Assembly (NCBI RefSeq): GCF_006345805.1
Contig: NC_043001.1
Location: 40,610,001-40,674,000, forward strand
DNA from: Octopus sinensis
Lineage: Eukaryota
Direction: 5' to 3'
DNA: 64,000 nucleotides
The notes beneath the pieces were generated by a model. It ran no database searches, was not told the DNA's origin, and saw nothing but the letters and a program-made list of their open reading frames with translations. This document shows positions 14,110-28,512 of the stretch, one piece after another (position 1 is the stretch's first letter; each line of letters opens with the position of its first letter). The translations under genes were made by a program, and so were the position numbers.

Positions 14110-14460
14110 ATTAGCAGTAGTAGAAGAGAGATGCACCACCAGGTCAGTGGGTCAGGGGTTGGAGTGTTTTTGTAAGTGACTCTATGTTAGTTCGGTGGCT
14201 TTTTCTTGGATGTAGTCGAGCATGTCTATATGTGTAGGAGCAAAATTGTCTCAGATATGGCAGAAGTATTCTATTGTGGATCTCACTGGAGCTTTGTATA
14301 GAGGTAGAAACATTTGGAAGATGAAACATTTTCTGGCTGTGAAGAGGAGAGCCAATCTTTGTGATGTAGTCTCTGCAATATTGAACATGAATGTTCATCA
14401 GGAGAGATCTTCAGTAATTTGGGAAGCCTGGCATTTGTAGTAACTTTGAGATTTCTGGTG
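14110..14460 (-). mobile_element. Decayed L2/CR1/Jockey-group LINE RT C-terminal fragment
   Basis: Reads ..TSQRLALLFTARKCF..LPLYKAPVRSTIEYFCHI*D..MLDYIQEKA..; same type as 12640-13190. Confidence 0.7.
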
Positions 14461-14934
14461 GCATATTGTTTATAATTGGGGGAGGCATGATAGATAGGAA
14501 GAGATCCTTGTAGAAGGAGAAAGGTTGAAGATTTTGGCCAGGATAATAGATAGCTTTATCTGACAGTATATTATTTCTGCCATCCACTGCCCAAATACTA
14601 ATGATCTTAGTATAAAGTCATAAATTTTGAGATGAAGGAATAATTAATTAAATTAATTCTAGTATAGCTGGTAACAATTTCATCAACTGTAAGCAGATAA
14701 AATGCAAAGTTGACTTTAGTAGAATTTGAACTCAGAACATAAACTGATCTAACTATATACAATAAGTCACTTTGTATGACTACCAGCCAGTTCTGTAAAT
14801 GTTAATTTCTAACATCTTGGTCCTATATTTATATTGGTGGAAGTATGGTGGATTAAATTGGCTCCTTAACTTATTGACTCCTTAATTTGATCCTTTCTGA
14901 GATTCGAACTCAGAATGTAAAAAATGACATAAAT

Positions 14935-15270
14935 GGCATGGCTGTGTGGTAAGAAGCTTGCTTCCCAACCACATGGTTCTGGGTTCAGTCCCACAGTGTG
15001 ACACCTTGGGCAAGTGTCATTTACTATTATATATATGCATATATATGTATATCTATGTATATGTGTCTTTGTGTCTGTGTCTCCTTCTGCTTGACAAGTA
15101 GTGTGGTTTATAACTTAGTAGTTTGGCATAAGAGACAGAATGAATAAATACCAGGCTTAAAAGTAAATAAGTACTGGGGTCAATACATTCAACCAACAAC
15201 TCTTGAAAGCAGTGCTCCAGCATGGCCATAATCAAATGACTGAAACAAGTAAACATATAAAAGAATAAAC
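14935..15270 (+). mobile_element. tRNA-derived SINE, family A
   Basis: Head ggcatggctgtgtggtaagaagcttgcttcccaaccacatggttctgggttcagtccc; tail ccagcatggcc..gactgaaacaagta. Confidence 0.8.
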
Positions 15271-15724
15271 TGTAGAACATTTTGTCTGGCACTTTACCAC
15301 AGATTTACTTGTCAGTTGCTTCACCATAACCAGTTGAGCATGTCCCTTGGTGGCTGATGATATGTGCATCTCTGATCATGGACGAGAGTAGTTGGGGAAC
15401 ATCATACCAATAAACTGAGAGGGATTATTTGGGGTTTGAATAATTCACACCTGGAGACATGGGTGTTTCATCCATCATCCTTAAACAACACTTATTCAGG
15501 GACCTTTTGAGTGGAATGGGCTACTCAGCCTGAAGAGACTTTTAACTGGGCCCCACATTTGAGATCGTGCACTGTTTATCTTGATATGAGGTCACCAGGC
15601 TGTGAACATTCACCATGTTGCGAACATACAGGTGTGAGCATGTTCCTAGTGTATGTTTAGCCATGGGTATATTTGTACCCCAGCATGGTGTGTGCTGCTC
15701 TCTCATTCAATAATAATGTTAATG

Positions 15725-16120
15725 GTTTCAAATTTTGGTACAAGCCCAGTAATTTTGGGGTAGAGAGTAAGTCAATTACATTGACCCCTGTGCTCAACTG
15801 GTACTTATTTTATTGACCCCCAAAAGGATGAAGGGCAAAAATCAACCTTGGCAGGATTTGAACTCAGAATGTAAATGTGGATGAACTGCTACCAAGCATT
15901 TTGCCAGGCATGCTAACAATTCTGCTAGCTCACCACCTTCAATAATAATAATAATAATAATGGCTTCGAATTTTGACACAAGGCCATCAATTTTAAGGGA
16001 AGGGGATAAGTCAATTACATTTATATCAGTACTTATTTATCAATTCCAAAAGAAGTTGACCTTAGTAGGATTTGAGCTTAGAACATAAAGAACCAGAAGA
16101 AATGTCACTAAGCATTTTGC
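15725..16120 (-). mobile_element. Two tandem tRNA-derived SINE family C copies separated by (TAA)n
   Basis: Plus-strand motif ctggtacttattttattgacccc..aaggatgaa.ggcaaa..gacct.ggc.g.atttgaactcagaa occurs twice in the same orientation. Confidence 0.7.
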
Positions 16121-19100
16121 TTGAGGGCAAACCCTGAAAACTAAAGGTTTGTAACCTGCCTTCCAACAACATACAAAACTTTAACTTTGATATCGTTGCA
16201 GAGGCTAAATAAATTTAAAAAAAAATATTTAAGAAACTATCAACTTGTTTTTAGAAGAACAGCAGGGATGTTGCCAGAATGGTCTAAGCATGGCATGGAT
16301 TGTCTATCAAATGGGTTTTGACAATATTCTGCACACATGAATCCTGGGAACATTCGCTATAAGTAAGATTGCACTGGTAATAAGAAAATGCATTAAATAT
16401 GTTATGAGTAAATGGTAAACAATTTTGCAATTATAGACAGAAGAAAGAATTAAGAAATTGACCACATCTTTATTAGAAGAGAAATATTCCAAGGAGATTT
16501 CTCTTCATTCCTTTTCTGTCTAGCACAAACACTTTTAACTAACATATTAAACAGGAATAAACTTGGTTACATATTTGTATGATAACAATTCCTCTCTTTA
16601 AACACCAAACATTAATTTCCAGTTACAACAGTAATGGAATAGAAGTATACTATGAAATTGTTGATTTATATTTATGACTCTTTCTCAAGTCTCTAATTTA
16701 TAGAAAATGAAAACACCCATTACACTCTTAGAGTGGTTGGCATTAGGAAGGGCATCCAGCTGTAGAAACCATGCCAAATCAGATTGGAACTTGGTGCAGC
16801 TCTCCGGCTTACCAGTTTCAGTCAAACAGTCTAATCCATACCAGCATGGAGAGCAGACATTAAATGATGATGATGATGAACATTGTCTGTTAATTAATCC
16901 TTGTACATTATTAGTACTTAGCAATTTGGGTATCATATATGTATTATACTTGAGGCACTGAAAGCATATGTGAAACATTGAAAGCCTAATTTACAGTGGT
17001 ATTTGTCTTGAAATAGTTTCTTATATAGGATGTACTGTGTTAAAAAACACAAAAATATATCATTGTTTTTTAATACTGTATGTCTATAAGAATTCCTATC
17101 TCAAGTTGAATACTGCAATTAATCAGGCTTTCAGTGTTTATCTGCTTTAAGTATGATACACAGATAGCTATTTTAAACTAATACTGCTTCTGCTACACGT
17201 AATGAACATCAGTACTTGTTTTATTGATCTCAGAGAGATGAAAATCAAAATTAACTTTATCATAGTTTGAACACAATGTAATGAAATATAACTGAATACT
17301 GTTATGTAAGTGGTTCAGTATGCTACTGATTGTGCTGCTGATTAAGCTACTCTACCACCACTTATATAATGAAAATATTGACATATTGACAAAATGTCGA
17401 AAGAAATAAAAATCAACCGATGCAATTCCCAGCATGAGTTACTTCAACACAAAGACTGAGAATTTGAGACATACGAACATTGATGGAAAATGTGGAGTTG
17501 GTGAAGAGAATAAAGGAGAAAAATAAATTGTATAGTTATATAAAGAAAGATGAATGCCGTTTATAAAATATTCTTGAAACAACTGTCATCTAGTCAATAA
17601 TTCAACGTAATCAGGTTTATTATGCTCTGACGAGAGAGATGTTCAGCAGTTGTATAAAACAATACATGTTCAATAAACATGTATATGGAAATCATATACA
17701 ATAAATTTAATGATATGCTTAATGATATTTTCCCCATGAAAACTAGAGAAGTTTAGGCAGCTAAGTAAGAAGAGTGTTTTGACTAGTTTTATATTTAGTG
17801 ATACTCATCAGGGACCATCAACACTCAAAATATAAACAAAATATTATTAAAAGAGATTCACATAATAGATGACAGCCAGAATTTAGTGTACCGATACAGC
17901 ATGGTTATGAAAATATATACACTGGAACAGACACCATCTCAAACATGAATTATTTTGTTGCAGAAGTTATTATTTAAACTAACAAATATTAAGATAGTGA
18001 AGAAGACTACAGAACAGATCCTTGGGAGTTAAATGAGAAAATATTTAAATAATATAAAGATAGAATATAAATTTTCCTCAACAGCAGACAGAAATTTGCT
18101 TTTATAGAGTTTGAACAGAAAAGCTCAATAAAGAATAGAGCTTCATTCGAGATAGAATAGAGAAAAACAACATTGAAGTACTGAGGAAATATAACACAAG
18201 ATGACACCCCCTTTTACATGTGCGCGCACACACACACACAGAGGAATACAAAATTCTGACTGAAGAAATGCAGAAGATTTGGTGGAAAGCAAAAGAGAAA
18301 TGGAAAACATATCTTATAACTGAACTGGCCAATTCATTGTTGCAACGAAATGCATTAAAATGTTAGTATTCTCAGTTACACAAAAATCAAAACCGAGCGA
18401 AAACATAGAATGTTGCTGTTTACTAAAAGATATAATGATGTTTTATATAATGTGATCTAAAAACACATTGATTTGCTGTTATGAAAGTTGAAGATGAAAA
18501 GTCATTGTATACAATAAAAACCTTGAAATCAGTCACTAAGAAAAGAATTATAACCGGAATACTAAACCCCAAAGCATAAGAATGATTAGACTTCAGATGT
18601 TCAGTTTTATGCTACATGTCACAATGCTCCTTTTTGAAGTTATAATGGAATATTTGAATATGAAAATTGACTGTAAAGTTGGCAAAGTAAAATCTGAATG
18701 TCAAGTAGGCAGTAGCACAAGAGAAATTATATTTTGTTTCAAAGTTATAACCAGGTTCACAAACTCTACATGTGCTTCATAGTCTATTACATTGATTTTA
18801 ATAAAGGGTGATTCACCTTGACATAGATGTTAAAGGCTAATCTGACTAATCATTCAGTTCTACTGGCAACAGGAGTCAGTCATCAGAACTTAACAAACCG
18901 TGACCATGGAGGAGCACCTTCTACTCATAAGGTCAACATAAAGTCAACCTAAGTGTCTATAGCAGAAAACTCAAGACCAGGGATTGGTTGTCCACCATTT
19001 TTTATCTATGGACCCTTTTAATTACTATTTTATTCTGGTGGACGTCAATAGCTATTCAATGTTTAGAAACTAGTTTTAGAGAAACTTCTTTCAAAAATCC

Positions 19101-19479
19101 TATTTTATTTTACATACATTAATTTGTGTAGGTGTAAAAAGTTAGAGAAAGAAACTGAACTGTTTCTTGCAATACATACCAATACATACATACAAATCAA
19201 ATTTTTTCCAGGGGTCCTTAAAATACTTTTGTAGATCTACAATTTACTATTTTATTGCATGAACCCTCAAAATCTTATCTGGACTCTCAGGGGACCATAT
19301 GAACCCCAGTTGAGAACAACTGATCTAGAACAAGATGTTACAAACCTGGAACCAGAAAACTACAATGTAAACTTCTTAATTCCACAGCCATACTTGAGCT
19401 TGTATTTAAATGTATAACACATTTTACAAAATCCATCTAACTATTCTATGAGTTTTAGATAAACTGGTTATCTTTTAAT

Positions 19480-19880
19480 TTTTACTTATTTCAGTCATTA
19501 GACTGTGGCCATGCTGAGACACTGCTTTGAAGGATATTTAGTTGAATAAATTGATCTCAGTACTTACGTTTTTCCTCTTTTTTTTTATGAGCCTGATACT
19601 CATGCTAGCAGTCTCTTTTGCTGAACTATTATGGGGACATAAACACACCAACACTGGTTGTCAAGCAGTGGTGGGCAACAAGTACAGAAACACACACACA
19701 CACACACACACAAATGACAGGCTTCTTTCAGTTTCCATCTACCAAATTCACTCACAAGTCTTTGGTTGGCCTTAAGTTATAGTAGAAGACACTTGCTTAA
19801 GGTACCATGCAGTGGGACTGAACCTGGAACCATGTGGTTGGAAAGCAAGTTTCTTATCATACAGCCATGCCTGCACCAAT
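19480..19880 (-). mobile_element. tRNA-derived SINE, family A
   Basis: Reverse complement of the family A head (gggactgaacctggaaccatgtggttggaaagcaag..acagccatgcc) and body, with an internal (CA)n. Confidence 0.8.
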
Positions 19881-22800
19881 AACATAACCATGCCTGCACC
19901 TATGGTTAGTAACTATTATAATGGTTGTGGTGGTGAACCACCATAAAATAGCAATAATAGAAATGTATTAGCTACTGCCACCCCTCAAAATACAACAAAA
20001 ACAAAACAAATAACAACATAAAAACATAAATGAAATAAATGAATACATGGTGGACATTTGATTGCTTAGTACACAGATCACCTTTTAATAGTTGCAGTCA
20101 TTTGTATCTAAATTCTTTATTGAATTAATTGAAAGATAATATAAATATACTTTTAATTAAGCATGCATACAGAGTTCCAAATAGTATTCTCAGACATTTT
20201 ATTTTTATTTTTATTTTATTTTTTCATTAGTACAGATATATGGCCTTTGTTGAAATCTCTAAGAAATAATTACAATGTTCTCAGATTGGAAAATTTCTTT
20301 TTCTCTGTATAAATTATCTGATGAACCAATATCACATCTAATTGTTTTCAACAATTATTTATATTCTTGATACCAAAATAATTGCAGCTAAAAAGTCGCT
20401 TATGGAATGCTTGGTGGAGTATTTGAATGCAAGAATAGCCATTAAAATATCTTAGCATTAAGATAAAAATAACAAATTTTTTTGTCAATAAAAGTTATAG
20501 ACATTCCAATGGCTTAATAATAACTATATTCATAAAAGGTAACTATATTCATATTTACAAGGTAGCTGCAATCAAACTCCTATTCAAAGCAATGCACCCA
20601 TCAAAAATGTTAAATACAATTATGAACACATTATACATGTTCATCACAAAGTTATTGAATATATACAAATTTTTTTGTTAAAAAATTTTTTTTGTAGTTG
20701 GATAAAACCATTGTGTGTTTAAGAGAGACAGAGAAAGAAAGAGAGAGAGAGAGAGAGAGTAATGAAGCATTGTGTAACTAATATCAAAGATTTTTACTAG
20801 ATCTGAGACAGCAGATATTTAAGCTAATCTCAGGTAATGATCAACTCACAGAATATTTTTAACATTTTAGTTTTATTTTAACACTTTTGTTACCATACTT
20901 CTGTTGAAACTAGACTGCTTTTATTTCAAAGCTTTTTGAGAATATTAAAAAATTTAGTAAAATAACTTTGTTATTATTAAGTAGATGTTTGAAACATAAA
21001 TTAATATGAAATTCTGAATGAAGATATTAATTTAGATCACTTTAAAACAAAAGGTTTGTATCCAGAACCAAGGACAGTCTCTAACAGATTGGTATCAAAA
21101 ACTTATAAAACAAACTTCCAAGTGAAATTTAAGTTACTTTTAAATTATATCAACAAGGTCAAATTTGTGCTTTTATGATAATCTTTAATGATTAGTAAGT
21201 AAAAAAAAAAAGCCAAAACTGTCTTATTTTAAAATTCAAAAAATTTGTGTTTAAATTTTGAAGTTTTAAATTTCTGGGAATTGGTAAATTCAGTTCAAAT
21301 ACATTTTCTTTGTACAAATGCCATTCAATGTTGGAAGTAGGTACAAACAGTTTGGATGTTATTTTGAAATATTAAATGTTTGTAAAATACACTCCCTCAC
21401 AAAATACACTCTACCACAAACTGTATGGCTTGATGTTCAATTAAAAACACTCCATAAACATATATTTAGAAATCAACTATAGATAACGCAATTAAATTTC
21501 TTAGTAATAGAGAAACCAATTATTATAAAAGGTATGTTGTACATTTAGTAAATTAATTTAGACCAAGTTGATGAATGTCTCTCAATCTCTTTCTCCATTT
21601 TTCATATACTTATACACACACAGTAGTATAAAAAAATGGTGAATGTTTATGAATGGAAATTATTTTTTCCACACAACATCCTGAAATATAAAAAAAAAAC
21701 TGTTATAATAAAGAAGGATTATCACACACCTGCATATTTACTTGCTCATATTTTTCATTTTTTATTATTCAAATATTATGTTCCAATGAAGTGGGGTTTC
21801 TTTGAATAGGCATCATACCTTGAAATTATAGTGGAAAGGAGGAAATGGTGGTGTGATATTCATGCTGTTTCTAAATATTTCATAACATAAGTGAAATGGT
21901 TTCAACAAGAAATGGAAACTAGATGGGCTCAGCTTCACAAGAATTTACCTTTCACTCTATGGTGCTTATTGGGTAATAATCAATATTACTCAATAATGAA
22001 ATATAGATTATTAGGCTCTGTGATGATGATGATTACTTGATAAATATTATAAAAATGTTCTTGGTAATTCATTAACATTTCATATTTTTGTAAGAAAAAA
22101 TAAACCTTTAGCACATTAAACTTACTTTTAAATTTAAGTTTTGAATGTTACAATGGGTTTTAAAATATTGACCTTGCTTTACTTGAAATACAGGAAGTTG
22201 TTGTTACTGTAGTAAGAATTACATACATTCTATAAAGATTAAATAAACCTTCCTTAAATCACTTCCTCCATCATAGAAAGGAATAATATAGTACTAGGTG
22301 TAATGAGCCAAGGGAATAATTTGAGATGGCTACAGTTGGAATGCCTTTCATTTCAGTATGTGGTATGTGGTTAAAATGTTTGCTTCACAACATAATCCTG
22401 GATTTGATTCTCTTGACATGGTCTTCCATAAAAGCTTTAGAGTGGTCAATACTTTGAGAAAGGAATTTAGTGGATGGAAACTGTGTGGAAACTTGTTCTA
22501 TTTTTATGTATATTTATATCTTTCTCTGTATATTGCTAAAAGATTGTCAAAAAAGGTGGTACTCTTCCAACAAAATCCACCAAGTTACAGACTTTCCCTT
22601 GATTCTCTTGTTATTAAAGATGCAGTGAACCAAACCATTGGAAAACTGTAATCAACAATGCCAGTGTTCACAAACTGTGATATAAAATAAAAAAAAATAG
22701 AGTTTCTTGATTGGGGCTGACCTAGCACCATGCAACAAATAACAGCTAAGAACTAAGTATATATTTGTACCCAGTGATGGAGTACATATACATACTTAGC

Positions 22801-25214
22801 TGTATGTTTCAGTTATAGCCATTCCATATTTTGAGCCATATATATGTAAAAAGAGGGAAGAAATTAATTTCACTAAATGCTGATTTTAACAGGGAACAAA
22901 TCAAGATGCTAATGTAAACATTATATAATAAATGGTAACTTAATAATCAGTACTTCAGTAACAGTCAAGGATCATCTTGTTATTTTATAATTATTAAACA
23001 TAAACCATATTTCTTATTTTATTTCATTTCTGATTATTAATATTGGTTTTAGTGAATGACTAGAATTGTTTCTTAATTTGGCATATGAACATATTGCATT
23101 TAACAAATAGCTGGCCTAATGTAATGCAAGACAATTTGAAAAACAAGAAGAAAATGTCAATAAACCTAAGTTTATATTTCCCTAAATGAAAGTTATGTAG
23201 AATTATTTTATCTCAGCATTAAATAAGAGAAAATAAATCCTTTTAAGGTCAGGTACATCAAAGTTAAAGAAATAGATAATAGTTGTGAATGTGAATAAAT
23301 TTTAAAAAATTAAGTTTCATATTTTGTTTTTAGTGATCAAGTAGCTATAGATAAAAATTTGTTTTGAATATAATTAAGTAGATGAAAAATTTCAGAAAAT
23401 AGATATTTTTAGAATTAAAATCTTTGGATGTTTTTTTACCTTAATTTGTGGCATTTGTTGCATTGTCATATGGTCAGCAATTTTGAGAGTCGTTTTTAGT
23501 TTATTGTATCAATTTTAAAACAAGTTTGGTATTCATTTTACTGAATGTAGAAGGATAAGAGTTGAAGTCAACTCTGGTACAATTTTATCTCTGAGTACAA
23601 AAGACAAGACTAAATGCTGAAGGGCATTTAGCTTAGTGCTTTAGTGTTTCTGTTATTCAACTATTCTATCTCCTTTGAGAAGGTTTCAAAATTTGTTATC
23701 AAATGTATTTTGTTATCCTTAAACATAGGAGTAGAGTTTAATGAAATCACTAAAAAATAATGACAATATTCTCAAGTAACTCTTTATATTTGAAGAGATA
23801 ATGCAAAGCCTAATAAAATTTTAACAAAATAATACATATTACATATCCTTGATATATGAGATAAAAATAATTGATTGACTGGAAACATATTGTAATGTAA
23901 AAGAAAATAATTTGTTATTGCAATAATAATGCTACCAGAACTCCCATTCATAGAATCAAAATATTACTTTAAAATATTGATGCTGGTTTACTATAAGGAA
24001 ACAAATGTTTCCAAAGCCATTTCAGGGTCGTTTCTCTTTTGCAGTACATGGTACTAAAAATGCTTTCACCAATTCTACTAGAGAGTGCCTTGAAATGACT
24101 GTTGGTGTTTTGCAACACCCAATGCTTAAAGCAAGAAATGTTCTCAAAGACAAATAGCAGTGAATACAACCTTTGTACAGGTCAAACATGTCCTAAAAAT
24201 ATTTGAAATGTTTACTAACTAAAAGTTATTCAGAAATTTTTCAGATTTTAAATATGTTTGAAGAATTGTGAGAGAAAAATTTGTTTAGGAACATCGTAAT
24301 TCAATTCTAAATACTTTACATTAATTTTTGCTTTCTTGCTTTATAAAATGCATAATTTTTAAGCAGTGAAGTTTCACCATTATATACATAAAGAATGCAC
24401 CCTTTAAACTGAAGCAACTTTTGAAACTTGTATAATTGATGTCAGATTGTGATTTTAGAGAGGTGGAAAATTTTAAATTTCAGTTCAGAAGAATCTAACA
24501 AGGTCACATATCCTCTTTCTTAGGCTAACAGACATGAAATATACACATTTATTGATGAATTGTCATTCAATATTTGATCACTTACATTAAATTTTTAGTA
24601 GAAACGAGCAGAGAGTTCCATATGAAAGCAATTTCTGAGGCAAGTAAAAAAAAAAAAAATCTTGCCATTGCATATTTACAATTGGTAGTTAATATACCCA
24701 TGGAAAAAAAAAATAGTATTTTAAAAATTTTGTTCCATTAGGAATCAACAATAGTGAAAAAAATGTTGGAAAGAAACCAAAAAATCTGTTGAGTAAAAGG
24801 AAAATGTGGACGATTCTTTTTTACAGCAGAATATTTTGTTTTCAAAATGTGTACCAATCTTGTTAATAGATGTAAGTAGCAATAGTTGACAATGAAATTA
24901 AAACTAAACTTACATAGCATTACTTTACCTAAAGCCACTAAAATTATTACATTCAAAATTGAGCAATTTTTCATGAATGATCATTACTGTATTCTAGTAA
25001 TGATACATGGAGAAAGTGTTTCTCAGATGAAAAAACATGTATTAATACAGCTTCTCACCAGAAAATGATTCTAGCAATTCTAGTTTCTTTCTTTTTTCTT
25101 TTCTTTTATACACAAAATGATGGATGGACAAAAACAAAAAAAAATGAGAAAATTTTTGATGTGATGAAGTGATTATTATAATGGTAATGATGGTAACAAT
25201 AATTGTGTCTAAGG

Positions 25215-26154
25215 CACAGGGCCTGAAATTTGTGGAGTGGGGAGTGAGTTAGTTGATTAAACTGATCTCAGTACTTGGCTGGTTCTCTATTTTATTAATG
25301 CCAGAAGAACAAAAGGCAAATTTGACCTCAGTGGGATTTGATCTCTATGTAAAGAGCTGGAATACATACAACAAATATTTTATCTGATGCTCTTATGATT
25401 CCACCAATCCACCACAACCACCACAACTGCATTAATAACAACAACAACAATAACGTTGATGATGATTTTTTGGAACTGCAAGAATTCTTCGCAGGGTTCT
25501 TCGAGCATATCCAGTAAACAAGAGTCACCTTAATCTGCTAGCTGTGGACAGCTGATGACACTTTCCATCCTACCCAGCAAAATAAGCTGTGAATTTTCAT
25601 CACATAATAATAATAATGATAAGACTTTCTGTTTTAGGCACAAGGCCTGACATTTTGGTAGGAGAAGGCAAGTTGATTACAGCAAACTCAGTACTTGATT
25701 GGTACTTTATCTTATTGATCCTGGAAGGATGAAAGGCAAAGTTGAATTTGAGCTCATTACATGAAGAACTGGAAGAAATGTCACTAAGCATTTTTCCCAA
25801 TGTCTTTATGATTCTAAGTCACTGTCTTAATAATAATAATAATAATAATAATAATAGACTGTTGGAAAAGAAAAATTCCTAACATCGAGCAACAACAAGT
25901 AGCCTTAGATGCCAAGAACCCACCTAAGTATTCTAGCTGTCCCTAATAACATTGTTTTTTCTGGAGCTTTACTAAATTGGGTTTTATGTCTGATGGCTAG
26001 AGGAAATAGGCATAAAACCCAGTTTAGTACAGCTACAGAAAACAGTGTTATTAAGAATGGCTAGGATACTTAGGAGTGCTCTTGGCATCTAAGGTTACTT
26101 GTTGTAGCCTGATGTTAGGAATCTTTCTTTTCCAACAGTCTAATCTGTCATATG

Positions 26155-26197
<43 letters not shown>

Positions 26198-26342
26198 TGG
26201 GTGTTGTATTACATGAAGATATTTCACTACTTCCTCTCTCCAAGCTTTCAGTCATACAGTAACATCTCTTATCCTTCACTCACCCCAGGACACTGGGTGT
26301 GTCTCGGCAAATGACTGTAACAAACATGCAGATTAAAAGTAA

Positions 26343-26384
<42 letters not shown>

Positions 26385-26800
26385 GGTGTCTAACCTTGAC
26401 TCAAGGTCAGTAATTTCAAGGGAAGGGGTATGTCAACATCATTGACCTCAGTGTTACAATTGTACTTATTTTACCAACCTTGAGAGGATGAAAGGTGAAG
26501 TTGATCTAAGCAGTATTTGAACTCAGGTTGTAAAGACATGGCATGCTAATAATTCTGCCAGTTTGCCACCTTAATAATAATAATCATCATCATCATCATC
26601 ATCACAAGGCCTGAAATTTGGGGGAGGCACCTAGTTCATTATATCGACCCCAGTGTTTCACTGCTACTTAATTTATGGACCCTGAAAGGATGATAGCCAA
26701 AGTTGATCTTTGTGGAATTTGAACTCAGAATGCAACGATGGACGAAATATCGTTAAGCATTTCATCCAGTATGCTAACAATTCTGCCAGCTCACCACCTT

Positions 26801-26847
<47 letters not shown>

Positions 26848-28512
26848 CCTTTCCACTAAGGGTACAAGGACCTGAAATTTTTGGGGAGGGGCTAGTCAAT
26901 TATATTGACCCCAGTGTGTAATTAGTACTTATTTTATTGACCCCGAAAGGCAAAGTTGACCTCAGTGGAATTTGAACTCAGAACATAAAGACAGGGAAAA
27001 TGATGCTAAGCATTTTGCTCAATGTGCTAATGATTTTGCCAACTTGCCACCTTAATAATGATAATAATAATCCTTTCTACTACAGGTGCAGGGCCTGAAA
27101 TGTGGGGGAAGGGACTAGTCAATTACATTGATCCCAGTGTTTTACTGGTACTTAATTTATTGATCCTGGAAGGATGAATGGCAAAGTTAACCTTGGCGGA
27201 ATTTGAACTCAGAATGTAGCGTAAGACAAAATACTGCTAAGCATTTCATCCAGTATGCTAGCGATTTTGCCAGCTCACCATCTTAATAATAATTATAATA
27301 ATGAATAATGTTTTCTGTAGGCATGAAGCTGTTTGACAAGTCATGTGAAGGGCCTTGTTTAAGGATGTAATGCAGTCTATGCAGTAAGATAAAAACATGC
27401 CTGCTGTAAAAGTTATGGTTGTTGTGTACCATATTTACATGGCTAGTGCAGCCCAAAATAACACAGCTACTGCTGCTGATAATTGTGATTATACGAGGAC
27501 AGTCAGTTTATTTATATTCGAAAGTAGAATTTGATTGTTTATTGTTTTGTTAAGCAAAAAAGTTGAACAGGGTTTTACGATATTTTGATGGAAATAATTA
27601 CAAAGACAAGAAATGTAAGGAAGAGAGAAAACAGAAACAAAACTAAGAAAAAAAAATCAAGGGCAAATCATAAATCATCTTTTCTATTTCAGGTGTTCAA
27701 AATTTTAAATAAACAAAACAAGAAATTAAAGAATGTGTTAATAAATTTGTAGCTTCAAGTGTTTATTGCAGTTAGAAGACATGACACTTGTTTATTATAC
27801 ATGTTTTTAATGTCACGTTGGCCATGTATTTAATATGGTTAAGAGTAGCTTAATTTTTTTTAATGCATTAAGGAATACTTGCAGATGTTTAATATAATCA
27901 TGAGAGGTTGCATGTAATCAAATAGCATAAAATAGCTATTTGAAGTTTTCAATTAATTCTCCACTAACAATCAGTTTTTACATTTTACACGGAATATTTC
28001 ACTTTTGAAGAAAACAAGAAAATTGGTTTTCGCTGGTGTGGGAAATGTAAAAAAACATTTTAATTCATAGATTTATATTGGTTTCAAATTTTGACACAAG
28101 GCCAGCAATTGTGGAGGAGAGGGTAACCCCAGTGCTTGACTGGTACTTATTTTATCAACCCTGAAAGGATGAAAGGCAAAGTCGACCCCAGGGACATTTG
28201 TATTCAGAACAAAGTCAGAAGAAATGCTGTTAATTGTTCTGTTCTTTCCAGCATGGTAACAATTCTACCAGCTTGCTGCCTTTTCTATAAATTTATATCG
28301 GTTTCAAATTTTGGCATAAGGCCAGCAATTTTGGGGGAAGATCCAAGTTAATTAATTGACTTCATTGCTCAGTTGGTACTTATTTTATCTACCCTGACAG
28401 GATGAAAGGCAAAGTTGACCCCAGTGGCATTTGAACTCAGAATGTAAAGCTGGAAGAAATGCTACTAACCATTTTTTTCCAGTGAGGTAACAATTCTGCC
28501 ATCTTACCACCT
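25215..28512 (-). mobile_element. Cluster of about 8 co-oriented SINE family C copies in (TAA)n tracts
   Basis: Copies at about 25215, 25630, 26395, 26605, 26848, 27071, 28080 and 28300. Minus-strand head ggtggcgagctggcagaat.gttagca..gagttcaaattcc has A and B boxes. Confidence 0.8.
25855..26142. mobile_element. Fold-back (inverted duplication) of an R4/Dong-type LINE 3' end
   Basis: Arms 25855-25991 and 26008-26142 are reverse complements around a 16-nt loop. The right arm reads IKPSLVQLQKTVLLRMARILRSALGI*, resembling the RLE-LINE C-terminus LQKxVLLGTARILRxVL. Confidence 0.75.

Noticed and set aside
17400-18780. Coding-like decayed segment, possible transposase or integrase relic
   Set aside because: Multiple stops and no motif I can assign; needs a BLASTx/HMM search.
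20388-20455. KSLMECLVEYLNARIA resembling HFM1/MER3 helicase SLHxHLIEHLNAEI
   Set aside because: Short match ending in a stop, with no donor and no other helicase exons.
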